64,000 nucleotides of DNA. It comes from Vicinamibacterales bacterium. GTDB taxonomy: Bacteria > Acidobacteriota > Vicinamibacteria > Vicinamibacterales > Fen-181. Every line of letters starts with the position of its first letter. Position 1 is the stretch's first letter. The stretch lies in the NCBI GenBank assembly GCA_041947015.1, contig JBHGBL010000003.1, positions 76,148 to 140,147 of the forward strand, in the 5' to 3' direction. The translations under genes were made by a program, and so were the position numbers. This document shows, one piece after another, positions 48,509 through 57,646 of the stretch. The notes below the pieces were generated by a model that was given only the letters and a program-made list of their open reading frames with translations, searched no databases and had not been told where the DNA came from.

Positions 48509-48654
48509 GTCCGAACCGCGACGGACCGTGGTATGAGGAACGGTTGCGGCCGAGGCATGCGCAGTTGCTCGCTCCTCATTACCCTGTCATACGTTCGCGA
48601 ACGAGGATTCCGTGGTCGCTGCCTGCGCCGCAGATTCCGTCTCGCGAGGTCCGT

Positions 48655-49338
48655 TCACAAGGTCCGTGTTCCGGTTCCCTCGAACTCGGGCGGGAGTTCG
48701 GACCAGTGCTCGCGCCCGGCGTAGTTGGTCGGCTTGAGGTGCGGGTACTTCGCCTTGAAGGCCAGGTAGCCCCTGCGAAGCCGTTCGATGCGGGCGTCGG
48801 AGGTCTGTATCGGCTTGTGCGGGTACTCGAGCAGGAACCTCTCCACCTTCCAGATGTTTCGCTCTGACAGCCTCCAGTCGTAGTTCCCGAGATCGCGAAG
48901 GTCGGCGACGGCGTAGCCGACAATCCTGCCCGTACGGTCGACGTAGGGATCCACGTACGACAAGGCAAGAGCTCGAGCGGTCCTGAAGACGGGCTTGCGG
49001 CCGTGCAGGCCGGGGTCGCGAGACCTGGCCACCGAGCCCCACAGCCCTTGCCGCCTGTAGACGAACAGCACGTGGTCGAGTTCGTCCACCGACTCGAAGC
49101 TCAGGACGAGAGGGGGGAACCCGTGCTGCTCGAGGATGACGGCCGCTGTGAGCGCCGCTTCGAGGCAGTGCGCTGTGCCGGTGCGTACAACGCCCCGGAA
49201 GCTCCGGAGGGTGGCGCGTCCCGGCGGCGGCTCGGTGTTGTAAGGGAGGCTGTTGAGGAAACGCTGAACTCGCCGTGGCGTGTTCAGCGACCTGATCAGG
49301 CAGCGTTCCTCCGGCGTAAAGGTCTTCTCGGCCGCCAC
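48655..49338 (-). CDS. hypothetical protein with a possible transglutaminase-like / papain-like Cys-His-Asp core
   Basis: 227 aa. GTAHCLEAALTAAVILEQHGFP resembles the transglutaminase-like catalytic Cys context, with a downstream His/Asp (DHVLFVY). Family not securely recognised. Confidence 0.5.
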   Translation of the reverse strand: MAAEKTFTPEERCLIRSLNTPRRVQRFLNSLPYNTEPPPGRATLRSFRGVVRTGTAHCLEAALTAAVILEQHGFPPLVLSFESVDELDHVLFVYRRQGLWGSVARSRDPGLHGRKPVFRTARALALSYVDPYVDRTGRIVGYAVADLRDLGNYDWRLSERNIWKVERFLLEYPHKPIQTSDARIERLRRGYLAFKAKYPHLKPTNYAGREHWSELPPEFEGTGTRTL

Positions 49339-49345
49339 GGTTCGA

Positions 49346-51598
49346 TCAGCGTCTTGCCAAGCGGGCTGCCACGAAAACGTTCAGGAGCCGCAGTGCGCGA
49401 TCCGCCTCGCGGAAGGTCGGGATGTTTCCCGCCTCGAGCCGCTCGGCCATCGCATCGTATGGCGCACCCGCGTCCACGACAGCCACCCAGGGCTTGGCTG
49501 TCTCATCCTTCAGTTTCATCAGCCGGCTCACGATCCCGTCCGGTCGCGAAAGGTCCTCGTTGTGGCCCTGGCCGGCAGGCAGGGTATTGAGCGCCGGAGT
49601 CAGCGGTACGCACCCCACGACCCCGACGTGCACTCCTGGGTCGGAGAGAACCGCCCGCACCACCGCCTCGTAGGTGGCGTCGTTGGCCATCGGCGTCAGG
49701 TCGACCGGGTTGTGTACGTCGACGACCGAGTCGATTCGCGCGTCGCGGAACATCTGCGCCAGTGCCTCGGTCGTTGTCGGCGCGAACCTCGGCAGTGCGA
49801 AGCGGCCGATGTTGTCGGCGATCGCCACGCACTCGAACCCCGCGTTCGACACGGCGCCCAGGTTCCATCCCGCAGGCGGCCGCCGGCCGAGTGCAGCGAA
49901 GAGGGCGGTCAGGTCGGCGAAGTCGCGCAAGCTTTCGGCCAGAACGACTCCACCTGAGCGCGCCAGCGCTCGCGTGACCGCGTAGTCGCCGGCTATCGAG
50001 GCTGTGTGGCTCCTCGATGCCTGCGCCCCGGCCGGCGTCCGCCCTGCGCGGTACAACACGACGGTGCCGCCGCGGTCGGCGACATGGCGCGCGGCCGCGA
50101 GGAAGCGCTGCCCGTCGAGTTGTTTGAAGCCCTCGACGTATACGGCGAAGACGTCGATCTCGGGGTCGTCCTTCAGATAATCGAGGTAGTCGCCCACGGT
50201 CAGGTCCATCTGGTTGCCGACCGAGATGACGTACTTCGCGTTCAGGCGCGCCAGCTTGCTCAACTGGGTGATCGCGAAGGCACCGCTCTGCGATACGATC
50301 GCGACCGGAGAGGGCGGCCCCGCCGGAGCGGGAAGCTTCACCTCAGGGATGAACATCGTGTCGTAGCGTCCCGGGCGGGACCGGATGCCGAGGCAATTGC
50401 CGCCGTTGATCAACGGGCCCTGCCACTCGCTCTGTCTCGCAGATCGCAGCGCGGCCCGCATCCTGGTCACAATCGCCTCGGTGCCGTCCTTCTCCTCGAG
50501 ACCGCCGGGGATGACGATGAGGCTCTCTGCCTTCCGGCCCTCGACTATTTCGGCGATTGCCTCCGGCGACTGCGCGGCGGAGATGCTCAGGACGAACATG
50601 TCCACACGACCGGGAACCGAGCGGATGTCGGGAACGGCGCGGCAGCCCTCGATCGACCCGGTGCCAGGTTTGACCACGGTTATCCGCGACCTGTCGAACC
50701 CGTCCCTTATCAGGTTGTTCAGGATGATGTGGCCCGGGTTGAGCTTCTCGGAGACGCCGACCACGGCTGCCGAGCGTGGCTCGAGCAGATGTTTGAGCTT
50801 GTATATGGGCCTCGGCGGCTCTTGCGAAGGCCGCTCACCGGCCCCCAGCTTCACGAGTATGTCGAGGGCGACGAGACGGCCCTCGGAAACGACGATCGGG
50901 TTGATCTCGCACTCGGCGATCGCGTGGGGCGTGAATCGGGCGGCCAGCGAGGCGAACGTCCCGACCGCCCTCAGCACGGTGCCTGGCTCTACTGCCGGAG
51001 GCTGCCCGCGTCGGCTCTTCGTTACGAGGCTCGTCACGGCGGCCTCATCGAGCGCTTCGGCCCAGGCCTCGCTCGCCACTTCCCAATCCGTGCGGGCCGG
51101 GAAGATCGCGACGTCCTTCCCTTCCCTCAGGTTCGCAGCGAGGAATTCGGTGTAGATGCCTCCGGGGCCGAGCGTGACGATCGGGCCGAAATCGGCGGTC
51201 CAGCGAAGGCCCAGCAGCAGCTCGTGGCCCAGAGAGCGCTCATGGGGCACGAAAGCGCTGATCGTGAAGCCCTCGATCCGCCTGCCAGCCAGGTTTCTAA
51301 CCATCTGCGAGATGACGGTCCTGACCGCTTCAAGGCTGCGCTCCGCTATTCGTACGCCGCCCACGTCGCTCTTGTGCAGGATCTCTGGCGAGACCACCTT
51401 CACGACGACACGATCACCCCCCAGCTTCTCGAAGCAGGCGGCGTCCACTTCGCCGGGGTTCCTCAGAAAGATGTGAGGAGGCGTGTCGATGCCGAGCGCT
51501 CCGAGCATCGCCAGGCCTTCTGGTTCGAGCATGACCGTGCGCCCGCTCCTGCGGGCGCGGCCGACGATCTCTTCCACGTACGCCCAGTCCGCAGTCAT
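49346..51598 (-). CDS. acyl-CoA synthetase (NDP-forming), fused alpha/beta subunits (acetate-CoA ligase, ADP-forming type)
   Basis: 750 aa with an ATP-grasp half and a CoA-binding/ligase half (GVSEKLNPGHIILNNL). Its start overlaps the iorB stop (ATGA). Confidence 0.65.
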   Translation of the reverse strand: MTADWAYVEEIVGRARRSGRTVMLEPEGLAMLGALGIDTPPHIFLRNPGEVDAACFEKLGGDRVVVKVVSPEILHKSDVGGVRIAERSLEAVRTVISQMVRNLAGRRIEGFTISAFVPHERSLGHELLLGLRWTADFGPIVTLGPGGIYTEFLAANLREGKDVAIFPARTDWEVASEAWAEALDEAAVTSLVTKSRRGQPPAVEPGTVLRAVGTFASLAARFTPHAIAECEINPIVVSEGRLVALDILVKLGAGERPSQEPPRPIYKLKHLLEPRSAAVVGVSEKLNPGHIILNNLIRDGFDRSRITVVKPGTGSIEGCRAVPDIRSVPGRVDMFVLSISAAQSPEAIAEIVEGRKAESLIVIPGGLEEKDGTEAIVTRMRAALRSARQSEWQGPLINGGNCLGIRSRPGRYDTMFIPEVKLPAPAGPPSPVAIVSQSGAFAITQLSKLARLNAKYVISVGNQMDLTVGDYLDYLKDDPEIDVFAVYVEGFKQLDGQRFLAAARHVADRGGTVVLYRAGRTPAGAQASRSHTASIAGDYAVTRALARSGGVVLAESLRDFADLTALFAALGRRPPAGWNLGAVSNAGFECVAIADNIGRFALPRFAPTTTEALAQMFRDARIDSVVDVHNPVDLTPMANDATYEAVVRAVLSDPGVHVGVVGCVPLTPALNTLPAGQGHNEDLSRPDGIVSRLMKLKDETAKPWVAVVDAGAPYDAMAERLEAGNIPTFREADRALRLLNVFVAARLARR

Positions 51599-52167
51599 GA
51601 GGCTGCCTCGCGGCCGGCGTGGAAGGCCTTGAGGTTGGCCTCTACCACCTTTGCACCCTTCCGCTCGAACATCGCTGTGATTTCTCTCTGAAGGGTGCCG
51701 GCATCGATGGGCAGCCTCGATGAGGCGGCTCCCACCATGACCATGTTCGTTGCGCGCGCCGATCCAGCTGCACGAGCCAGGTGCTCGCTGTCGACGAGAA
51801 CGGAGCCGGGCACCCGGCGGATGCGCTCCAGGAGGTCCTCGATCGGCGGGTAGTCCGGGATGTTCACGAGGGGGTTCTTCGACGTGGTGATCGCCCCATC
51901 AGAGGCGAGATAGCGAAGGTAGCGCAGGCTCTCGAGCGGCTCCATGGCTAGGATCATCCGCGCCGTCCCGAGCGGTATGAGATCGCTCGCAACGGGTCCA
52001 TCTGACAGCCGCAGGTGTGCGACAACGGCTCCACCGCGTTGGGACATGCCGTGGACCTCGGACTGCTTCACCGTAAGGCCGTCGCGCATGGCGCTCGAGG
52101 CTATGACCGCCGAGACCGACAGCACTCCCTGGCCGCCGACTCCCGCCAGGATGATGTCGAATTTCAT
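51595..52167 (-). CDS. iorB: indolepyruvate:ferredoxin oxidoreductase beta subunit (IorB; 2-oxoacid:Fd oxidoreductase gamma-like)
   Basis: Start re-set to MKFDIILAGVGGQGVL, a canonical IorB N-terminus. ATGA overlap with iorA. Confidence 0.7.
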   Translation of the reverse strand: MKFDIILAGVGGQGVLSVSAVIASSAMRDGLTVKQSEVHGMSQRGGAVVAHLRLSDGPVASDLIPLGTARMILAMEPLESLRYLRYLASDGAITTSKNPLVNIPDYPPIEDLLERIRRVPGSVLVDSEHLARAAGSARATNMVMVGAASSRLPIDAGTLQREITAMFERKGAKVVEANLKAFHAGREAAS

Positions 52168-53777
52168 GATGCTGTCTCCAACTTCTCCGTCTCCTTCTTC
52201 CGCGCCTTGATGGTTTCGAGGCACTCCCTGACGGCCACGACGACTGAGGTGCCCTTGTATTCCAGCTCGCGTCGTATCACCTCCGCGTTCCGCTCCGCGT
52301 TTCGCGGGTGCGCTTCGATGACCTTCAGGTGTGCGCGATCGAGGCCTGTGCCGATCACAGCGTCCAGGAGCGCGGACGAAGACAGGATGGTCGGCTGACC
52401 GCCCGTCATCGCGACCGCCTTGTTGTCGAGGATGATGAGCGTCATGTCCGTGCCGGCCGCGACCGCGTCGATCAAGGGGGTCAGACCCGAGTGCAGGAAC
52501 GTGCTGTCGCCGATGACCGCGACCGCGGGCCGGAGCCCGGCGTCGGATGCGCCCTTGGCCATTCCGACCGATGCGCCCATGCACACGCACGACTCGATCG
52601 CCGAGTACGGCGGCAAGGCGCCGAGCGTGTAGCAGCCGATGTCAGACGTCACCACGCGTCGCTCCACTCCCTCGAGCGCCTTCTCGAGGGCGGTGAAGGT
52701 GTCGCCGTGCGGACACCCGGCGCACAGCTGGGGCGGCCGGTTGGGCAGGGCCAGATCCTCTGCGACCATGCCCGCTTGCGGCGGAAGTCCGAGCGCCGCC
52801 CGGACCAGGTCCGGCGTCAGCTCTCCGTCCGGCGGGACGGCCCCGGACTCACGCCCTTCGATTGCGATCGGTGGCGCCAGCAGCCCGAGGAGCTGCCGCT
52901 CCACGTACGGGTAGCCGTCCTCCAGCACGAGGACGCGCGACACGTGCTCGCAGAGCGCCCTCACCTTCTGCATGGGGATAGGGTATGCGCCGATGTGCAG
53001 GTGCGAGGGCCGCGTCCGGAGGTCCGCCGCGTTCTCGAGGAAGTAGTTCCGGGCAAGCCCCGAGGTGATGACGCCCAACTCGGAGCCGGATAGTTCGAGC
53101 GTGTTGTGCGGGCAGGTTTCGCTGTAGGCGGCGAACTCCTTCTGCCGTTCGATCAGCTTGTGCCACTGCCGCCGGGCGTTGCCCGGAAGGAGTATCCACG
53201 ACGCGGGCTCCTCCGTTCGGCTGAGCGGATTCTCCTCCCGCGGCGCTCTCGTCCGGACAACCGCGCGGCTGTGAGCGAGGCGGGTCACCAGCCGCACCAT
53301 CACGGGGATGTGGAACCGCTCGGACAGATCGAACGCCTCGCGTGTCATGTCGTAGGCCTGTTGCTGGTCCCCGGGTTCGAGGCATACGACCCGCGCGAAA
53401 TCGCCGTAAAAGCGGCTGTCCTGCTCGTTCTGCGAACTGTGCATGCCCGGGTCGTCGGCCACTGCGACGACCAGGCCGCCGTTTATACCCACTATGGCAG
53501 AGTTCATGAAGGGGTCGGACGCGACATTGAGACCGACATGCTTCATCGACACGATCGCGCGCCGCCCTGCGAACGAAACGCCCAGCGCCTCCTCGTAGGC
53601 CGTCTTCTCGTTCACCGTCCAGGCAGCGTGCGGCCTGCCGTGGCGCAGTCGCCATCGGAGGATGTACTCCAGGATCTCGGTGGAAGGCGTACCGGGGTAC
53701 GCGTAGGCTGCGGTCACCCCGGCCTCGATTGCGGCCAGCGCGACAGCCTCGTCTCCGAGCAGAACCTGTTCGGCCAT
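52164..53777 (-). CDS. iorA: indolepyruvate:ferredoxin oxidoreductase alpha subunit (IorA; TPP-dependent)
   Basis: 537 aa with a pyruvate-ferredoxin-oxidoreductase-like N-terminus (YAYPGTPSTEI) and a TPP-binding region (GDSTFLHSG). Confidence 0.7.
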   Translation of the reverse strand: MAEQVLLGDEAVALAAIEAGVTAAYAYPGTPSTEILEYILRWRLRHGRPHAAWTVNEKTAYEEALGVSFAGRRAIVSMKHVGLNVASDPFMNSAIVGINGGLVVAVADDPGMHSSQNEQDSRFYGDFARVVCLEPGDQQQAYDMTREAFDLSERFHIPVMVRLVTRLAHSRAVVRTRAPREENPLSRTEEPASWILLPGNARRQWHKLIERQKEFAAYSETCPHNTLELSGSELGVITSGLARNYFLENAADLRTRPSHLHIGAYPIPMQKVRALCEHVSRVLVLEDGYPYVERQLLGLLAPPIAIEGRESGAVPPDGELTPDLVRAALGLPPQAGMVAEDLALPNRPPQLCAGCPHGDTFTALEKALEGVERRVVTSDIGCYTLGALPPYSAIESCVCMGASVGMAKGASDAGLRPAVAVIGDSTFLHSGLTPLIDAVAAGTDMTLIILDNKAVAMTGGQPTILSSSALLDAVIGTGLDRAHLKVIEAHPRNAERNAEVIRRELEYKGTSVVVAVRECLETIKARKKETEKLETAS

Positions 53778-53873
53778 TGCTCCTCCAGCAGCCGGCGCCG
53801 GTAGGCAGGCGTCGGCGGCAACATCACGAAGCGCAAGGGGGCCTGAAGAAAGAAACGGTGAAGGGTCGAGTGA

Positions 53874-54755
53874 TTACCTGCCGGTTCTACCGCCGGTCAG
53901 AACCGCCTGCAAGTCTTCCAGGATCTGCTCGGGGGCCCAGTCGCTGCCTGTGTAGATCTTGACCAACCGGCCTTCGGGATCCAGCACCGCCGAACGCAGG
54001 TTGTGCGTTATGTTGCCTGGCGTACCATCGTCCCGCATCACGACCAGCCCGAACCCGGCTGCGAAATGGTCCACCGTCTCGCGGTCGGCCGTGACGAATC
54101 TCCACGTCGCTGCATCTGCTCCGAGCGACGCTGCGTGCGCCTTCAGGACATCTGGGGTATCGCGATCTGGGTCGAAGCTGATCGTCAGCAGCTTCACCCG
54201 CCCTTCGAGCGCCTCGTTGTCGAGGACCGCCTTCTGCAATGCGGCGAAGCGCTTGTCCATCAGGGGACAGAACTCGGGCAGCGGGCACCGCGTGTATATG
54301 AAAGTCAGAACCACGGCCGAGCCACGAAGCGACGAGATCGCGAGCGGGCCGCCGCCGTCTGCAACGAAGGTGACTTGTGGCACTGGTTCGCCGACTTCGA
54401 AGAGATCGGCTGCGGTGACGGGCGGTTCGGGGACCGGTGGCGGAAGAGGCGCAGCCCCTGTCTTCTCGAGGGTAGAGAGGTACGATTCCTCATCGGTGAC
54501 GATGAGCGTTGCACGAACCAGGTCGCCCGGGGCCGTTCCCGCGAGCAGGCGCCTGTCCTTCACCTTGAAGGGCATCGTCATTGCGTCCATGAACCCGGGG
54601 ATATCGTCGTGCCGGATGGTGATCTCGAGAGCGTCCGGGCGAAGCGCCAGGACCTGGCCGGTGAGCGAGAACTCTCTGTCCGGCGGGGTGGCGGGGCCGC
54701 TGCACGCGCAACCCAGCATGACGCCGAGGACTGCCGGTACAGCCAGGCGGGTCAT
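53874..54755 (-). CDS. lipoprotein with an N-terminal Met-rich copper-binding-like domain and a C-terminal SCO1/SenC-like thioredoxin-fold domain
   Basis: Lipobox LGCAC, a Met-rich segment (IPGFMDAMTMPF), and an SCO-like block (VVLTFIYTRCPLPEFCP). Confidence 0.55.
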   Translation of the reverse strand: MTRLAVPAVLGVMLGCACSGPATPPDREFSLTGQVLALRPDALEITIRHDDIPGFMDAMTMPFKVKDRRLLAGTAPGDLVRATLIVTDEESYLSTLEKTGAAPLPPPVPEPPVTAADLFEVGEPVPQVTFVADGGGPLAISSLRGSAVVLTFIYTRCPLPEFCPLMDKRFAALQKAVLDNEALEGRVKLLTISFDPDRDTPDVLKAHAASLGADAATWRFVTADRETVDHFAAGFGLVVMRDDGTPGNITHNLRSAVLDPEGRLVKIYTGSDWAPEQILEDLQAVLTGGRTGR

Positions 54756-54961
54756 GCCTTCACTCTAGATCGGGGAGCCGGGCTCGTAAAGGGCACAGTT
54801 TCTGGTATACTCGCGGCTTCGCTGGGAGCGGTTCTGCCGTCTGCCTGTCTTGCCACCCCCGAACGGGCTTCAGGGCATTTCCGCATGGGGCCGTCCCTGG
54901 CGCGACAGGGAAGGCCGGAAACACAGTTCTGTCGCGCACTTGGGCAGGAGCAATTGAGAGC

Positions 54962-55309
54962 ATGGGTCGGAGACTCTACGTCGGTAACCTCCCCTACAAG
55001 ACCACCGAAGAAGACCTGACAACCCTGTTCAGCCGGGCGGGGGCGGTGCAGAGCGTTCAGGTGATGCGCGACGGCATGACAGGCCGTGCGCGCGGGTTCG
55101 GCTTCGTCGAGATGGCCACCGAAGAGGGGGCCCAGAAGGCGATAGCCGAATTCCACCAGTACGCGTTGGAGGGGCGCGCCCTCGTGGTGAACGAGGCGAG
55201 GCCCAAGACTGCGGGCGGCGGCAGGGCGTTCGCGGCCGACAGCTCCACGATGCCCTTCAGCGACGACGGCGGCGACTTCAACCGGAACCGCCGGGAGCCG
55301 CGCTGGTAA
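54962..55309 (+). CDS. RRM-domain RNA-binding protein
   Basis: RNP2 (LYVGNL) and RNP1 (RGFGFVEM) motifs, plus a Gly/Arg-rich C-terminus. Confidence 0.85.
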   Translation: MGRRLYVGNLPYKTTEEDLTTLFSRAGAVQSVQVMRDGMTGRARGFGFVEMATEEGAQKAIAEFHQYALEGRALVVNEARPKTAGGGRAFAADSSTMPFSDDGGDFNRNRREPRW

Positions 55310-55378
55310 CGACCGCTTTCGCCGTGCCGGCGTGTCCACGCGGGTGAGTGCCGACCCGGTCGTGTCCGAACCTCGTCC

Positions 55379-56083
55379 ATGATCTGGGTAGGGACATCGG
55401 GATACAACTACGTCGAGTGGCTGGGGACGTTCTATCCTCCCGGGCTACCCGCGTCCCGCATGCTCGAGTACTACTCTGCCCGCCTTTCCACGGTGGAAAT
55501 CAACTACACCTTCTACCGTATGCCGAGCGAGCGGACGCTCGATGGCTGGCTGGCCGCCACGCCCGAAGACTTTCGCCTGACGCTGAAGGCCCCCAAGCGC
55601 ATAACGCACGACCGGCGGCTGCGAGACTGCGGCCCGCAGGTGACTGAATTCTGCGTGCTGGCCAGCCGCCTGGGCGCCCGCCTCGGGGCACTGCTCTTCC
55701 AGCTCCCGCCGTCGCTCAGGAAAGACCTGCAGCTTCTCGATGACTTCCTCCAGGCGCTGCCGGTTGACACCAGGGCGGCAATCGAGTTCCGCCACGCCTC
55801 CTGGCACGGGGAGGACGTGCTGGAGCGACTGCGCAGCAGGAACGTCGCCCTGTGCGTCGCTGACAGCGAAAGAATGACGTCGCCGCTCGTGGCCACCGCC
55901 GCGTTCGGCTATTACCGGCTGCGAGACGAGGGCTACACTCCCGAGGATCTCGAGCAGTGGGCGCGCGCCATTGAAGCGCAATGGGGCGAGGACTCCGACG
56001 CATTCGTGTACTTCAAGCACGAAGAGGCGGGTAAGGGTCCCGAGTTCGCACGGATCCTCGCCGAGAAGCTCCGCCGGAGCTAG
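55379..56083 (+). CDS. DUF72 family protein (YecE-like)
   Basis: The DUF72 N-terminus (MIWVGTSGYNY) and the overall length and pattern. Confidence 0.7.
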   Translation: MIWVGTSGYNYVEWLGTFYPPGLPASRMLEYYSARLSTVEINYTFYRMPSERTLDGWLAATPEDFRLTLKAPKRITHDRRLRDCGPQVTEFCVLASRLGARLGALLFQLPPSLRKDLQLLDDFLQALPVDTRAAIEFRHASWHGEDVLERLRSRNVALCVADSERMTSPLVATAAFGYYRLRDEGYTPEDLEQWARAIEAQWGEDSDAFVYFKHEEAGKGPEFARILAEKLRRS

Positions 56084-56085
56084 GT

Positions 56086-56130
56086 GCGCTGTGCGGCGGC
56101 GCCTGCGCGGCGCGCGCCGCCGCACAGCGC
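56086..56130. terminator. 17-bp perfect inverted repeat between convergent genes (bidirectional terminator candidate)
   Basis: gcgctgtgcggcggcgc ... gcgccgccgcacagcgc read directly, 3 nt after the DUF72 stop and 9 nt before the stop of the minus-strand lipoprotein gene. Confidence 0.45.
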
Positions 56131-56138
56131 CGCCCGGG

Positions 56139-56549
56139 TCAGTCTTGGCGCAGCCGCAGGTACATGTGCTGACCCGTCTTCAGGTACACGCGACCGTCGC
56201 GGCCGCCGCCTTCCTTGGGGACGTAGAGCGGAAGGTCCGGGTTGTCGCAGCGCCCGGCGACTTCCATCTCGTCGTCGGATCTCGACACCGGACTTATCAT
56301 GTCTGCGACATGGCGGCCGGTTGCTCCGTCGCAAACCGCTTCGCCGGACCTCAAGTCGGAAGGCGGCGCGAACAGCTTTTCCGTTCCTTCGGTCCTCACG
56401 AGTTCCGCGGGATTCCGTACGGCCATGCCGGTCGCGCCCTCTGTACCGCCCCCGGCGTTCTGCCGCGTTTCACGGCCGCACGCGGAGACGACCATCGAGC
56501 CGGCCAGCGTGATTGCCACAGAGAGCCAGCCAAGACGGGGTTTGACCAT
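56139..56549 (-). CDS. hypothetical lipoprotein
   Basis: 136 aa with signal and lipobox (TLAGSMVVSAC). Confidence 0.5.
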   Translation of the reverse strand: MVKPRLGWLSVAITLAGSMVVSACGRETRQNAGGGTEGATGMAVRNPAELVRTEGTEKLFAPPSDLRSGEAVCDGATGRHVADMISPVSRSDDEMEVAGRCDNPDLPLYVPKEGGGRDGRVYLKTGQHMYLRLRQD

Positions 56550-56622
56550 CGAGATGCCTCCGGGGTCCGCAGATTGCCCACGGGCCAGTCAGCAAGGGCC
56601 GTTCCAGGAAGGGAGGCCGAAG

Positions 56623-57525
56623 ATGTGCCCGTTCGACGTCGTTGGCGTCGGTCAGAATTCAGTGGACGAGGTAGTGCTGCTGCCGCGCATGCCTGCCGCG
56701 TCCGCGGGGCTGTCGAAGCTGCGCATTCTCCGGCGTGACATCTGCTGTGGCGGACAGACGGCTACCGCCATGGCAGCATGCGCCCGCCTGGGGCTGCGCG
56801 CGCGCTACGTGGGGCCCGTCGGCGCCGACGAAAACGGTACCAGGATCCTGGAAGCGCTTGCCGCGGAAGGCGTGGACTCTGTTGGCACCGTACGGATGCC
56901 GTACCCGAACGGGACTGCACTAGTCTTGGTAGATGCGACGACCGGCGAGCGGATTGTTCTCTGGCAGCGCGACCAGAGGCTTGCGCTCGGCGAGAACGAC
57001 ATCGGCGCGGATCTCCTGTCCGGCGCCGCGATCGTGCACGTAGACGATGGCGACACGGCGACGGCGATCCACACGGCACTCCTGGCCCGCGACGCCGGGA
57101 TTCCGGTGACGAGCGACATCGACAAGACGCTCGACGCGACCGAGGAGCTCATATCGCTCGTAACCTACCCGATCATGGCCGAGCACGTTCCATCCGCCCT
57201 GACCGGTGAAGGCGATCTCGAAGCAGCTTTGACACGCATGCGCCGCCGATTCGATCAGGTCCTCACCGTCACGCTCGGTTCGCGCGGCGCCGTTGCGCTC
57301 GACGGGGAGCGCTTGATCGGCCAGCCGGCTTTTGCCGTCGATGCCGTCGACACGACCGGGGCCGGGGACGTGTTTCGTGCCGGTTTCATCTACGCGCTGC
57401 TCGCTGGAAAGGAAATCGCCGAGGTGCTCCGGTTCGCTTGCGCCGCTGCCGCAGCGAGCTGCAGGCGCGTTGGGGCGATGGCGGGCGCGCCACGACTCGC
57501 AGAGGTCCTCGAGCTCCTGCCGTAG
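56623..57525 (+). CDS. PfkB-family carbohydrate/nucleoside kinase
   Basis: Start re-set to MCPFDVVGVGQNSVDE (GGGAGG SD). Has the DTTGAGD motif and the ribokinase fold. Confidence 0.75.
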   Translation: MCPFDVVGVGQNSVDEVVLLPRMPAASAGLSKLRILRRDICCGGQTATAMAACARLGLRARYVGPVGADENGTRILEALAAEGVDSVGTVRMPYPNGTALVLVDATTGERIVLWQRDQRLALGENDIGADLLSGAAIVHVDDGDTATAIHTALLARDAGIPVTSDIDKTLDATEELISLVTYPIMAEHVPSALTGEGDLEAALTRMRRRFDQVLTVTLGSRGAVALDGERLIGQPAFAVDAVDTTGAGDVFRAGFIYALLAGKEIAEVLRFACAAAAASCRRVGAMAGAPRLAEVLELLP

Positions 57526-57646
57526 GCGTTCGCCCGCCGCAGACCTCGGCGAAGAACAGCGCCCGCCCCCACAGAGAATCACGGCGGTCCCTCTGAGCCT
57601 CTATCCCGAGGGTCTCCTTTCGGGCGCTCCAGTCCTCGACCGCGAT

